Assembly (NCBI GenBank): GCA_965603825.1
Contig: CBFDEM010000060.1
Span: 186,001 to 250,000 of the forward strand
Length of the DNA stretch: 64,000 nt
Direction: 5' to 3'
DNA from: Blepharisma stoltei ATCC 30299
Lineage: Eukaryota > Protista > Ciliophora
Made by a program: the position numbers and the translations under genes. The notes beneath the pieces are model-generated. The model saw nothing but the letters and a program-made list of their open reading frames with translations, did no database searches and had not been told where the DNA came from. This document shows positions 1 through 12,349 of the stretch, in pieces. How positions within the stretch are numbered: the stretch's first letter is position 1; each line of letters opens with the position of its first letter.

Positions 1-276
1 ATTGAGGTAGAAAATCTAATGTTTTGGAAAAGAAAAAATGTGCATAGACAGTATATACAGGTAGTTAAAGAGTATGAAAGAGAAGATGATTTGTCGTGGG
101 AAGGAAAACTTACTGTACTTAAGAAGTCATTGGAGAAATCACACCATTCGACACTACAGTTTTATGGGGCATTTACAAAAAGGCTTAAAGATAGAGATGA
201 GCTTATGAGTCAAAATGCAAAAAAGGCACAAAAGATAATTGAGCTGCTTGATAGAGAAGCAGAAAAAGAAGATTAA
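1..276 (+). CDS. 3' end of hypothetical protein (starts before window)
   Basis: Frame 1 is open from base 1 to TAA at 274-276; charged helical sequence. Confidence 0.6.
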   Translation: MEVENLMFWKRKNVHRQYIQVVKEYEREDDLSWEGKLTVLKKSLEKSHHSTLQFYGAFTKRLKDRDELMSQNAKKAQKIIELLDREAEKED

Positions 277-519
277 TAAATTATAATAATTTATTGTTTA
301 GACACAGCTTTGATAATAATTAATTCCCGCGAAATAAAAATGCTTACAAATTTTCATCAAAAATTTTATTTTATCGTAATTTCCAACCTCATACCTTTAA
401 ATTGTTTTAAAATGCCTGCCATATTATTTTTAACGTTAAAACTCAAAGGAAATCAAAAATCTTTCCCTAGTAAAAAGTTCTTTATTATCTTAATTATGAT
501 ATAATAAACTCGCGGCAAT

Positions 520-2847
520 ATGGAATCACGGCGGGAAGACGGTAGTGAGTCATCTTCATCAAGAATCCGAACTCAAGGCACCCAAGGGCTTGGGCGACAT
601 GGAATCTCCAATACTGAAGGCTCTCTCGCCCCTCAATTTGTAAATCGAATGGAAGACGGCACCGATTTTGACCCTGGTGCTCTACGTTCAGTTCTCTGGG
701 GCACAGACATAAATATCGACGAAATTCAGACAAAATTCAAAGATTTCCTATTAAGATTCACTGACGCAGACGAAATGAGTGATGGGGAAACTCCTTTCTA
801 CATCAAAAGGCTGATAGATAATACAAACACTGCATTCTTCAACCTCGACGTAGACTGTGATCATATTTTCCAATTTGACAGAGAGCTTTACCAGCAGCTA
901 GTTAACTACCCTTCAGATATTGTCCCACTTTTCGATTTATCAGCAATGGAGCTCTATAGGAGTCTGCATAACGAAAATTTAGACGAAGACTACAAAATCC
1001 AAGTAAGGACCCACAATTTAAGACATGTGACTGGGATGAGAGAAATGGGCCCAGACAAAATCGATATGCTAATTGCAGTCAGGGGGATTGTGATAAGATG
1101 CTCAGATATAGTCCCTGATATGAGGGTTGCTGACTTCAGATGCGCTCAATGTGGAAGACATGAAAAGGTTACCTTAGAAAGAGGAAAAGTGGAAGAGCCG
1201 AACTCTTGTCCAAGGTGTTTAGCGAAATATTCATTTGAGCTGATTCATAATTTGTCAATATTTTCTGATAAGCAGCATATAAAAATCCAAGAAACACCTG
1301 AAAATATTCCTGAAGGAGAAGTCCCGCATACTGTGCATATTTGCTGCTATGATGATATGATTGATATTATGAGACCTGGGGATAGGATTGAAGTAACTGG
1401 AATTTTTAGAGCTTGCCCGATGAGGGTGTCTAGGCTAAGAAGGACCTTGAAGTCTATATACAGCACTTATGTAGATGTTGTGCATGTAGCAAAAATGCAT
1501 AAGCAGAGATTTACACATGAGGAAGAAGAGGTGACTGAGTTTTCTGACGAAAAAAAGCAGCTTTTCCATCAAATTGCAGAGAGACCTGACCTTTATGATC
1601 TCCTTGTAAAAAGTTTTGCACCAAGTATTTGGGAATGCGATGATATTAAAAAAGGACTTTTGTGTCAGCTTTTTGGAGGATGCAATAAAAATTTCAGCAA
1701 TTCAGGTAGGGGAAGGTTCAGAGGAGAAATTAATATTTTGCTTGTTGGAGACCCATCAACTGCAAAATCTCAGCTTTTGCAGTTTGTCCATAAGCTTTCT
1801 AATAGAGGAATCTATACCTCAGGGAAAGGAAGTTCTGCAGTCGGGCTTACTGTTTATGTAAAAAGAGATCCAGATACCAAAGAAATTTTATTAGAAAGTG
1901 GGGCGCTAGTACTGAGTGACAGAGGTATTTGTTGTATTGATGAATTTGACAAAATGGATGACTCTACTAGAGCTATGCTTCATGAAGCAATGGAGCAGCA
2001 GACGCTATCTGTAGCTAAGGCAGGCATTATTTGTCAATTAAATGCAAGAACTGCTATATTAGCTGCAGCCAATCCAAAGCAGAGCAAATATAACCCTAAG
2101 ATGTCAGTTGTAGAGAACATTGAGCTTCCACCTACCCTGCTGTCACGTTTTGACTTAATTTATCTAGTTCTTGATAAGACAACTGAAGCATATGACAAAA
2201 GGCTTGCAGGGCACATTTTATCACTTTATGGTGATTTAGTATTGAAAAATGACCCGACAGATACCATTAATAGAGAAACTTTGGCTGGTTATATTTCCTA
2301 TGCAAGAAAATTCGCTACTCCTAAATTAAGTCCTGATGCTTCGTCTTTATTGGTGAATTCTTATATTGAAATGAGAAGAGTAGGAAATTCAAACAAAACT
2401 ATAACCGCAACACCTAGGCAGCTTGAAAGTATTATAAGAATTTCAGAAGCCTTAGCAAAAATGAGACTTTCACCAGCTGTACTTAAATCTGACGTAGAAG
2501 AAGCCATAAGACTTATGAAAGTCGCGACTCAGCAAGCTGCTACTGACCCCAAAACTGGACAAATCAATTATGAATTGATATTAACTGGACATTCAGCTGG
2601 AACCAGGCAAAAAGTGCAAGAAAACGTAACACTTATAAGGCAAGTTTTAGGAGAATTCAAAGAAACAGCCAAAAAAGGCATAAAAATTAAGACTATTTTT
2701 GATGAATTTAAGAAGAAAATTGAAGCTCTAGGACTGTCTTGCACTGAAATTGAATTTAATGATGCTATTAAAAATTTAGAAGATGAAGGGATAATTACTA
2801 CTACTGGAAAGCGACAGCCAATTATACGTTTGATAAGCTTCCAGTAA
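520..2847 (+). CDS. MCM4: DNA replication licensing factor MCM4
   Basis: VLWGTD N-terminal motif, C4 zinc finger, Walker A GDPSTAKSQ, IDEFDKM, arginine finger SRFD, ATPRQLES. Confidence 0.95.
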   Translation: MESRREDGSESSSSRIRTQGTQGLGRHGISNTEGSLAPQFVNRMEDGTDFDPGALRSVLWGTDINIDEIQTKFKDFLLRFTDADEMSDGETPFYIKRLIDNTNTAFFNLDVDCDHIFQFDRELYQQLVNYPSDIVPLFDLSAMELYRSLHNENLDEDYKIQVRTHNLRHVTGMREMGPDKIDMLIAVRGIVIRCSDIVPDMRVADFRCAQCGRHEKVTLERGKVEEPNSCPRCLAKYSFELIHNLSIFSDKQHIKIQETPENIPEGEVPHTVHICCYDDMIDIMRPGDRIEVTGIFRACPMRVSRLRRTLKSIYSTYVDVVHVAKMHKQRFTHEEEEVTEFSDEKKQLFHQIAERPDLYDLLVKSFAPSIWECDDIKKGLLCQLFGGCNKNFSNSGRGRFRGEINILLVGDPSTAKSQLLQFVHKLSNRGIYTSGKGSSAVGLTVYVKRDPDTKEILLESGALVLSDRGICCIDEFDKMDDSTRAMLHEAMEQQTLSVAKAGIICQLNARTAILAAANPKQSKYNPKMSVVENIELPPTLLSRFDLIYLVLDKTTEAYDKRLAGHILSLYGDLVLKNDPTDTINRETLAGYISYARKFATPKLSPDASSLLVNSYIEMRRVGNSNKTITATPRQLESIIRISEALAKMRLSPAVLKSDVEEAIRLMKVATQQAATDPKTGQINYELILTGHSAGTRQKVQENVTLIRQVLGEFKETAKKGIKIKTIFDEFKKKIEALGLSCTEIEFNDAIKNLEDEGIITTTGKRQPIIRLISFQ

Positions 2848-2902
2848 GATGCAAAGTTAATTAAAAGCAATAATTAGGAAATTTTAAATTATTGTTATAA
2901 AA

Positions 2903-4915
2903 TTAATGAATCGTAGCATAGTCGCTGAGCTTTTTTTCAAGGCTTTCTATATTGGATTCGATGATGTTGAGCTCTAATGACAATTCTCGTATTCTATTGT
3001 TGTTCCCAGATCTTTCAGCTTTATCATAATTTGCTTGTACTTTGTCTCTGTCCTCTTTCAGTATTCTTAATTTGCCTTGTATGTTTCTTATAATATTATT
3101 TACATTTTTGTTAGGCTCCGAAAGTTGCCTTGCTTTTTGAGAGTCTTCTCAGTTACTATTTTGAGTCTCATAATCCACTGAATGCTGCCTGATTTCTGAT
3201 CTATTATAATTCGCCGTCTGTTGTCTTATTTCTGACTTATTATAGTCAACAGACTCTTGTCTGACTTCTGTCCTATTATAATCCACAGTCTGCTGCCTTA
3301 TTTCTGGTCTATTTTTCTGTGAATCCTCCCATTTAAATACATTTACCATATTTTCGCTTTGGTTCTCATACGTCCTCACTGGTATATAAGTGCTTAAGCG
3401 ATTTTTCCCTTCATTTTCTGCCATAGTTTCGCCAGTCTTTTTTTCACTAAGATAATTATCATTAGTCCCATTATAGCTTTTTTCGGTTTCTTGAGGGTAA
3501 GTTTCTTCTTGATAAGCTTTTGGCTTTTTTTCTTTGGCTTTAGGAGACCTTTCAATCTCTTCTGACTTCCTCATAATTTGTGAAGTTTTTTCATTTAGCC
3601 TTTCAATTTCATTATCAAACTGCTTTTGGGTATCTAAAAACTGGCTTTCCAACATTTTCAGCTTCTGCTCTGTCTGTTTTAGCTTAAAAGCTGTATTTTC
3701 TTCTTTCTCTATTGCTGAATTAAGTTCAATTTCTAGCATTTCTTTATCTCTTTTAAGTATCATCATTTCTTTTTCCATTGCTTGGAATCTGGCTTGGTCT
3801 TGCTTTCTTAATATTTGTAGGGCTAGAATTTGGCTTTTTAGCTGCTCATTTTCAGATTCTAATTGTCTTGCGTTATCTGTGATTTCTTTAAAGTTTTCTC
3901 TTTTGTCATTAGAGAAAGGCAGAAGAGGATAAAATCCTGGCTGATTGGAATTTTGGGGTGGGAAAAGTCCTGGCTGATTGAAATTTTGGGGTGGGTAAAG
4001 TCCTGGCTGCTGGTTCAAATTTTGTGGGAAAAAGGCTGTTTGAGAGCTCATGCTGGTATTTTGGGATTTTAAAGCGTTTATAGATTGTTCTAATGCTTCA
4101 GCTTGTTTAAGCAGGCTTATTTTAAGCTGAGATGAGTCAAGAGGGCTTTGAGGGACTGACATTTGTGAGAGATTTGGCATTTGAGAAAGGTTTGGCATTT
4201 GAGGAAGGTTTGGCATTTGAGGGATATTGGGCATTTGACGAATATTTTGCATTTGAGAAAGGTTTGGCATTGGAGGAAGATTTGGCATTGGAGGCATTTG
4301 TGGAACATTGGCCATTTGAGGAGGAAAATATGGGTTTTGAAGAGGAATATTAGGTGGGATTTGCTGAAAAAACTGAGGGGGAAGTTGTGGAGGTATTTGA
4401 GATGGATTTTGAGGTGGTATCTGAAGAGTTTGCTGATTTTGAATGTAATTTCTGTAAAGATCTTGCTTAAAAGTAGATTCTGGAGACATGCATCTAGAAC
4501 CTTGGCTTGAAGGAGGAAACGAAAACTGCTGAGGGAAAAATTGTGGATTCTTCGGTGTTTGCTGCAGTTTTGCTGCATATAAAGCATCTTCTAAAGCTTT
4601 TGCTTGATTCAATAGCATATTTTTAATTTCATCTGGCTGAGCTGGAGTTTGATTTTGAGGAAGAAACTGGCTCTGTGGAATTTGACGATTAGCCATCATT
4701 AAAGGATTCTGACTGTTCATGCTCATAAAACTTGTCCCAAAATCTCTTTCAGACTGATCAAAAGATTCAGAAATGCAAGTTTGGTCGCCATGCGCCCCTC
4801 TTATCCAGTTTTCTTCATTTTCCCTTGCATTTAAAGCTTTTTCTATTGAGTCTTCTTTTAGTTCTGAGAAACTATCAATTTCATTCGTTTCTATTCTGTA
4901 ACCTTCGGGTTCCAT
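2903..4915 (-). CDS. Q/P/N-rich low-complexity coiled-coil protein (670 aa)
   Basis: ORF 3149..4915 continues through TGA(Trp) at 3149-3151 to TAA at 2903-2905; the WEDSQK motif occurs once with TGG and once with TGA. Confidence 0.8.
3165..3310 (-). repeat. ~36-bp coding tandem repeat (EIRQQTVDYNRT-like, x4)
   Basis: Four degenerate 12-aa units visible in the translation. Confidence 0.75.
3933..4030 (-). repeat. ~33-bp coding repeat (NQPGLxPPQN, x3)
   Basis: Repeated CCTGGCTG..AAATTTTGGGGTGGG on the + strand. Confidence 0.65.
4155..4315 (-). repeat. 18-bp coding tandem repeat (QMPNLP/QMPNLS hexapeptide)
   Basis: Repeated TTTGGCATTTGAG(A/G)AAGG units on the + strand. Confidence 0.8.
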
Positions 4916-5008
4916 TTCAAAATATCTTTACAAATTATAAGGATTTCAAATTTATTTGTAATTTCCAGAAATATTTAAAAATTAATGAAAAGCTGATACT
5001 AGAGAAAT

Positions 5009-6323
5009 TTATTTAATCCTATGGGAATATATTGCCCTTTTAATAGTAGTTGCTGATACTGGGATTGAGCTCTTGTTTGAGCATGCAGTGGAAGGCCTGA
5101 ACATAATTCCGTATGAGTCACATTCTTTTACTTTGGTGCCTCTAACAGAAACACAGAATGGAGCTACTGCTTTTTCATATTTACATTGGCTTTCGATTTT
5201 TCCTGAAAAGTTTTGAATAAACACTGAGTGAGGTCTGATTCGAGGAGATATGAAGACAGGATTGTATTGAGGAGAATTTTCAATTATAGAACTTGGAGTG
5301 CTTAATGAATGAATTCTTAGAGCAGCTGCAAAATTGTTAGTTTTAGAACAAACTCTGTCAGTTCTGGATGATTTTATTGAAAGGTTTTTATTCCATTTTT
5401 TGCTGCTTGTTTGCCCTTTGTATGTGTTTATAAGGTTTATGTCGTTAATATTCCTTAGTGAAAGGCTTTTCTTTTTCTTTATTTTTGAATTTTTTGCAGA
5501 AACCTTATTTATGATTTTGGCTACATCATCAAATCTAAAGGACTTATTGTTTTGTTCCAAAACAATTATTTCTTTCTCATATTTATTAATTGAAGGAGAT
5601 GAAATGATTTTTTCTTTTGATATATCTGCTAGCATGCTTTTTTAGTGATTCTGTTGTGAGATTTTTAGATTTTTCTGAATGCTCTAGATACTTATCTTTA
5701 ATGGATAACAAATTTTGACCAGTTTTGTTTTCCTCGACTAAAGTTTCTTCTTTTTCATTTTCAGTCAAAATACTCAAAACTTCTTGTAAAAAGAGTTTAT
5801 TTTTATCATAATCAGCTTCGTGCTCTTTCTTGTCCTCAATTCTAGTATTAAGATTAGGCTTACTCTCTGATATTCTTCCTGCAGTTTGAATTTTTATCTT
5901 TTTATCAGCTTCTTCTGACTCCGATAGTTTAGGTGAAACATTAGGTGTGCTATCTATTGTTAATTTTAAAATTTCTCTGCTTCTCATACTTCTTTTAATA
6001 TTTTCTAAAATTTTAACATCAATTAATTTTGGTGAAGAATTTTTGTCAGCAATTTTCTCGTCATCAGATTTTATTTTTTTAAGGATTTCACAAAGAGAAT
6101 AAACATTTACAGCATAATTCGGCCTTGGAGATAAAGTTTCAGTTTTAATTGAGCACTTCGCATTCTGAGAATGCGATTTTCATGCTCTGAAATCAGTTGT
6201 TCTTTTTTTGCTAAATGACTCTGGCGTTTTTATCTTTTCAGAGTATAAGGACTTTCATTCATTGTTATTGATTAGTAATATGTCTAATTCTCCATCATTA
6301 ATCAAACGACAGTATTGAAATTC
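5009..6323 (-). CDS. Hypothetical K/S/E-rich protein with an unresolved frameshift near 5590-5645 (possible pseudogene or assembly indel)
   Basis: With TGA=Trp the 5586..5987 frame is open up to 6323; it overlaps 5009..5635 in another frame; no GT-AG tiny intron found at the junction. Confidence 0.4.
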
Positions 6324-7518
6324 CTAAAAAATTCGATTAACAAAAATTGATTGAGCGATTTTTAATAGTGAAAAATGAAACCCTGCCCCTGGATTGCATC
6401 AAGCATAACTGCTTACCTATATTAATAATAAATATTATAGATTTAAAACTTCGTTACTTAACCTTTCACTTAAACAAGCCTTTGAATAAGACTTGTTCAG
6501 CTGCAGCAAATCTCCCTAAATATATCAGCAATTCTACTAGAGATAGCTTTGTTGGCTTCCACCTGGCTCTTGTTGCTGTCAGGATACTTGGAGTGCACAG
6601 TTTAGAGATTTGATGGCCGTTATTTCAGCAAAAGCTTCATACCGAGCGAGGGGTTTAAAACCAACGAGAGCAGGCATGCTCAGTGAATGTCAAGTCCATT
6701 TCTTACTGATTTGGCATCAGGCCATAGCAGGCTCCCAAACTCTTAGCAGATGCGAGAGAGAATGGGTTTGTAATATCATCATTTTATGTGCTTATAGGAT
6801 GGAAAGAGTAAGTCATCTTCTGATTTACCTTTATTTGTTTCTTCGCTATTATGAGCTATTCACGGCTTAAAATTTGCATGCTGAATTTCAGAATCAACAA
6901 ATTGTGAAAGCCGATTTCTAATATTTTTAGTTGTGAGTATAGGTTGCTCCTGAACTCTTTGCTTATTTTCGTAACAATTTAAAGACTTATCCTTATCCAT
7001 TTATCAATTAATTTATAATTTTTGAATTGAAATTTCTTCTGATTAAATATGCTATTAAAGCTAATAAGAACTATTGGCTTACCTAGAATTCTATTCAATT
7101 TAAATGAGTCATTACATAAACTGCTTTTTCAAATAGTTTGTTCATAAGATTATTTAATTTAAACCAATTAATACTTATAGATGTCAATATACTAAAAATA
7201 TGCTATGGCACAAGTATAATTAATGATAAAGAAATTAAAAGAGCAAATTAAATGACAATAGCAAAGATGTAAAATATAAGGGCTGATAAAATCATAAACT
7301 TTTGGATATTTTATTTTTAATAGCGAGAAATGAGGATTGCTAATGTAATCTTTAATCTTTAAACTTTTAAATTATATTATAGAATTTCATTATAAAGCAA
7401 ACTAATTAAATAATAATTTAATTGGTCCATCTATTTTAATGCTATTCCTGATAATTAATTAAATACAAAAGGAAGCTTTATTTCATCAATAATAAATGAT
7501 ATCAATCAGAAAAAATAA

Positions 7519-7794
7519 ATGTCATCAGAACAAGCACGTCTTACACCAGGGGCGATAGATAACAAAAGAGAAGATTCTAAAACACCTTTAGAAAACGAAA
7601 TGATACACAAGCCTCAGCATCAAAAAGATTTTCATAAAATCAAGCCAGTTATCCCACAAGGTGTAATGGAAGGAGAACCTCAAAAGTTTACAATTATTCC
7701 ACATTCTGAAGGAGGACCTGCTGAAGGACAAATTTTTGTAGAGGAAGATCCATATATAACAAATGTTAAAACAATGAAAGGAAGTAAAGACTAG
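7519..7794 (+). CDS. Hypothetical protein (91 aa)
   Basis: ATG after an A-rich leader, GC higher than flanks, TAG stop. Confidence 0.65.
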   Translation: MSSEQARLTPGAIDNKREDSKTPLENEMIHKPQHQKDFHKIKPVIPQGVMEGEPQKFTIIPHSEGGPAEGQIFVEEDPYITNVKTMKGSKD

Positions 7795-8107
7795 GAATAT
7801 TTTCCATATTAATTTACTTAATTGATCTAATTAATTTTGATGTTATGCAATTAAATAAATATGACTGCTCTCTTTAAAGCGAAAACTATAAATCATATTC
7901 TAGGAAAAGTAATAATTGCACTTACTCTAAATTTAAATTTATGGTAAATAATCTTTATTTTCAGATTCACGCTTATTTTAGTTTTGTCTAATGGCTACTT
8001 CAGCCTTGGCTACATTTTTCTTTCTAAACTTTTATTAAAACTAAATAAAATAACAAAATATCTTATTCAAATACAAAAGTGGATATTAGATAACTGCATC
8101 TGCAATC

Positions 8108-8836
8108 ATGAATATTAAGGACCTAAAAAACTTGGATTGTGATACTTTACTATATTTAGCAAGAGTTTCTGAACAGTCAGAGCGCTATGACGAAATGGCA
8201 TCATACATCAATGGATTTGCAAGAAAAACAAATAAAGAATTATCTGTCGAAGAACGAAATATTCTTTCAGTCGCTTACAAAAATGTTTTGGGCTGCAGAA
8301 GAGCTGCCTGACGTATTTTATGCTCATTAGAAAACAGTGAAAATTCCATTCGCTCTGAAGAACAAAAAATGCTAGCAAAAGCTTATAGGCTAGAGGTAGA
8401 GAATGAAATAGAAAAATCATGCAGAGAAATTATAGATTTGCTGGATTCGAAATTAATTATTTCAGCAAGCTCAAGTGAAGCGCAAGTGTTTTATTTAAAA
8501 TTGAAAGGAGATTATTATAGATATATGTGCGAATTTTTAACAAATGAGGGGAGGAATGAAAACTGCATTAAAGCACTTAATGCATACCAAGAAGCTGAAA
8601 ATATCGCTATAAATGAGCTTCAAGGCACAAATCCAATTAGGTTGGGAGTTTCGCTGAATTTTTCTGTGTTTTTGATTGAAGTTATGAAGGATTCTGATTC
8701 GGCAAAGCAAATGTCTCAAAAGGCGTTCGATGAAGCTATGACTGAGATTGATTTGCTTGGAAATGAAACTTTTAAAGAAAGCACTCTCATTTTACAACTA
8801 TTAAGAGACAATTTAGTATTATGGTCATCGTCATAA
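8108..8836 (+). CDS. 14-3-3 protein (242 aa)
   Basis: [25 protein letters not shown][TGA=W]R at 8309-8311, [25 protein letters not shown]. Confidence 0.95.
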
Positions 8837-8988
8837 ATTTATAAGAAATTCTTATAAGTATAATTTTTATTGCAAATGATTATGATGGATTAAATCATCA
8901 TGCGGTTAAAATTTATACATTTTTGCAAGATAGCTATTGATTTATATCTATTTTAAAAGCAAAATGATTATTAAATGCAATTCATTAA

Positions 8989-9556
8989 TTATTCATTTGG
9001 CTTAAAGTATTTCCTTATAAATTGCTCGCTATCAGATGAGTCACTATCATCTTGCTCAGTATCAGTATCACTATTTTCACTATTAGAACTTTTTGTTTTA
9101 TTATCCTGTTGTGATTCATTTTTTGAGCTGCTTGCTTTTTCTGGGATTTTCTTTACAGATTTTGGGGGAGTGGCCTCGATTTTGGTAGATTTTCCGTTTT
9201 TTGAGGGAGATTCTTGGCAGGTCTTTGCGATATTGTTTTTCCATGTCTTTGCAATAATTGAAGAAATTTTTGATGATTCTTGGTCTTCTAAAGGAATTTT
9301 ATTTGGATTTTCTTCACTAATTTCTTTTCTAACTATTTTTGGCTCTTTCTTGGTTATTTTATTTTCTATTGGCAAATCTTTAATTAATTCATTTTCCACA
9401 AGCGATTTTTCAATTTTTGTATTCTTGTCATTTTCGATTTTGATATTATTTTCTTCTTCTATTAGTGTGGCTGCTTCAAGAAGATATGAAGATCCAAGTC
9501 TCATCAATTTAGCCAACTGAAGTAGGAATTACTAAGCTTTTCGATATGCTATCCAT
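8989..9556 (-). CDS. Hypothetical K/S/E-rich protein, one 16-nt intron
   Basis: ATG 9556, exon 9533-9556 (MDSISKSL) joins ORF 8989..9516 in frame after removing 9517-9532. Confidence 0.65.
9517..9532 (-). other. 16-nt spliceosomal intron
   Basis: GTAATTCCTACTTCAG; removal supplies an ATG start. Confidence 0.6.
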
Positions 9557-9882
9557 TTATATTGGATCCCTTAATATTTCATTTCTTATTTTAATATAAT
9601 ATTTAATCAAATCTTAATTATTTAATTCCTTTAGATAATAACTGTTTTCAAAATGTTAATTTTTATATTTTTAAATTTATTCAATTAAGCTTTTGAAAGA
9701 AAAATCGTTTTACTTCATTTTAGGAATTCATGATAACAATAATAAACTACCTAAACATTAATGACTTATGCCTAATTAGAATGAATCAGAGTTATTAAGA
9801 TTTATATATGGAGTTTTCATTCTTTAAAATTATTATCACTATTAAAGAAAAACTCAAGATTTGCCAAAAAACTTTAATTAGG

Positions 9883-10560
9883 TTAAAACTCGCATTTCTT
9901 TTCTAACAGAGAAAGAGAGCGATCTAAGTTATTTGATAAGATTGTCAAATCTGCAATTAGCTTGGCAGAATCTTGGTCTAATTTTGAGTCCATTTCATTT
10001 AAAAAGTCGTTTTTATCTTTAATCACTTTGGCTATATCATCTTTTTTCTTTTTCCATACATTAATAAAATTTACAAAAGGAGTAGACGTTTCATGAGAAT
10101 TCAACGTATCCTGCAAAACAGATTCTTGGCTTTCTAAATAACGGTTTATTTCTGCAGTATCATTTAAGAGAGTTTTGAGGTTAGAAGCTCGATTATTGTA
10201 TCCTTTTTGAATTTTCCCATTATCTTCTCTTAGTTTTTCTGATTTTTGATGAGCATTGTTTCTATAAACTGCTGTTTGTTGCATTATATTTTGCTTGTGA
10301 GTGTGTAAAAATTTCTGCAGCCGCTCTTGCACTTCATTTCTAGTAACTATTTGTTGGGATCTAGCATGCTGTAAGCGATTTAATTCTTGAGCCAATGATG
10401 ATAATTTTTGATTGTGGGCATAAACATCATAAGTCAACTGACTTCTTAAAGTTTGGACTCCTTGCAAAATTTCTCTGTTAAGTGTCCCAATGCTGTCAGA
10501 TAAGTTTTGCATACTTGTTCTTCGGCCTTGTCTTGAAGTTGTAACTCTTTCTAAATCCAT
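9883..10560 (-). CDS. Coiled-coil protein (225 aa)
   Basis: Intact ORF, heptad-rich helical composition. Confidence 0.8.
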   Translation of the reverse strand: MDLERVTTSRQGRRTSMQNLSDSIGTLNREILQGVQTLRSQLTYDVYAHNQKLSSLAQELNRLQHARSQQIVTRNEVQERLQKFLHTHKQNIMQQTAVYRNNAHQKSEKLREDNGKIQKGYNNRASNLKTLLNDTAEINRYLESQESVLQDTLNSHETSTPFVNFINVWKKKKDDIAKVIKDKNDFLNEMDSKLDQDSAKLIADLTILSNNLDRSLSLLEKKCEF

Positions 10561-10690
10561 TTATAAGAAATATATTTTTTATTATTTTGTATTGTAAATT
10601 TATACAGTAATCTTGATTAGTTAGATTTTTGTTTTAATTAACTCTTAATCTTCTATGAAATGTCTTTGGAATTTATTGTAATCAAAAAAA

Positions 10691-12349
10691 ATGATTGATT
10701 CTCAATCAAAATTCCACAGACATCCAGCAAGAATTTTGTCAGCTCCCCCAGATGAGCCTAATGCATTAAGGCCAGAATCCCAAAAAAATTCAAACTTAAA
10801 CCTAAACGCAAATGTGTTTGTACCGGGTGGTGGCAATATTACAATACCAGAATTTAAGCCAACAGTATCTGATAACAAAACAAAATTCAATATAGGAGCT
10901 ACAGAGTTTAACCCTGTAAAGCCGACAGCACCAGCAATTCCTCCAACTTCTTTAAAAGCAGATGCCCCTGAGTTTACTTTGAGGCTAGGATCTTCCTTTA
11001 CGTCGCAAACAAAGCCTCTTGATGCAGTAGTCAATGTTCCTGAATTTATCCCTAAGCAGCAAATGGAAGAGCAACTCCTAAAAATCGAAGAAAAAATCCC
11101 TGAGCCATCGAAAATTGAGGAAGAAATTGTAGAACCTGAAGAGACATTTACACAAATTTTTAATAGAGAACTCACTGAAGAAGAACTAAAAGAAGAAATT
11201 GAGTTTTCTGATGTTGTAATTAGAGTAGATGACACAATTACGTATTCTTATGAAGAAATAGAAAAAATTAGAAAGGAATTAGAAACCCTAAAGGAATATT
11301 TCAGTATTTCAGAAGCCCTTATGCAGTTAAGCGATCGAAAAATTTTTGAAGTTTTTAGAAAAAGGGATAATAAGCGGCACGACTCCAAAAAAAACCAAAG
11401 AAAAGACAAAGACTGAAGGGAAAAAGAGCAGCAAGGGCAAGTTGTAAAAATAGTCAACTGGAGAAGAGAAAAAACTACAGAAGAAGAAAAAATCATCCAG
11501 AAAGCAAGAGAGCATACTGCTAAATTAAAAGAAGGAAAAGAGGAAGAAGAAAAAATCAAGAGGACAATAAAGGTTACTTTAAATAAGCTATCACCTTCAA
11601 ACCTTGAAAAACTGAGAGACCAGCTTTTAGAAATCGGAAAATCATCGCCTTCTTCTTTAGCTATTCTTGTTGCTGGGATTTTTGACAAAGCTTGATCAGA
11701 GCCAAAATACACTCAGATGTATGCACAAATGTGTGGGTACTTTAAAACTGAGTTTGATTCTTACAAATTTCCTGGAACAGAAGAAGAAAAAGCTCCTAAA
11801 AATTCTTTTAAAAATGAGCTGCTTATCATGTGTGAAGAATCCTTTAAATTTGTCCCATCAGAAACAGACTATGAAGGCTTAGATGAAGAACAAGCCGAAA
11901 AAAAGAAAACTATTCACAAGAAAAAAACCCAAGGCAACGTAAGGTTTATTGGGGAGTTATTCAATGTCAAATTAATTTCAACCAAAATTGTGCTGATGTG
12001 TGTCCATGAAATGCTTGGGCTTGACGAAGGCTCGCAAGGAAGACCCGGACCACTCGACGAAGATAAACTTGAAGGAGCTTGCATTTTATTAAGCACAGGT
12101 GGAGCAGGCTTCGAAAGGGGATCGATGAGAAAAGACACAAATAAAGTGTTTGAGTATTTGTCAGGACTAATTCAAAGCAAAGAGACGCTTTCTTCGAAAT
12201 TGAGATTCAAGATCATGAATTTGATTGATGAAAGGGCAAGCGGATGGAGTAAGAACAAGAAGGATGAGCCGACTACAATTGAAGAAGTCCATGCTGAATA
12301 TGAAAAGGAACAGAGCATCATCCAAAAAAGATACGAAAGTCGTAGATAA
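10691..12349 (+). CDS. eIF4G-like MIF4G protein with N-terminal PAM2-like motifs (552 aa)
   Basis: Single frame through TGA at 11414 and 11693; LNKLSPSN, IFDKA[W]SEPKY..MYAQMC, GNVRFIGELF, LRFKIMNLID..GW. Confidence 0.88.

Noticed and set aside
6520-6760. GC-richer stretch as a structured ncRNA (SRP, RNase P/MRP, U3)
   Set aside because: No diagnostic conserved boxes recognised; an Rfam covariance search would be needed.
8309-8311. In-frame TGA as selenocysteine or as pseudogene nonsense mutations
   Set aside because: TGAs align to conserved Trp, not Cys, in many unrelated and otherwise intact genes.
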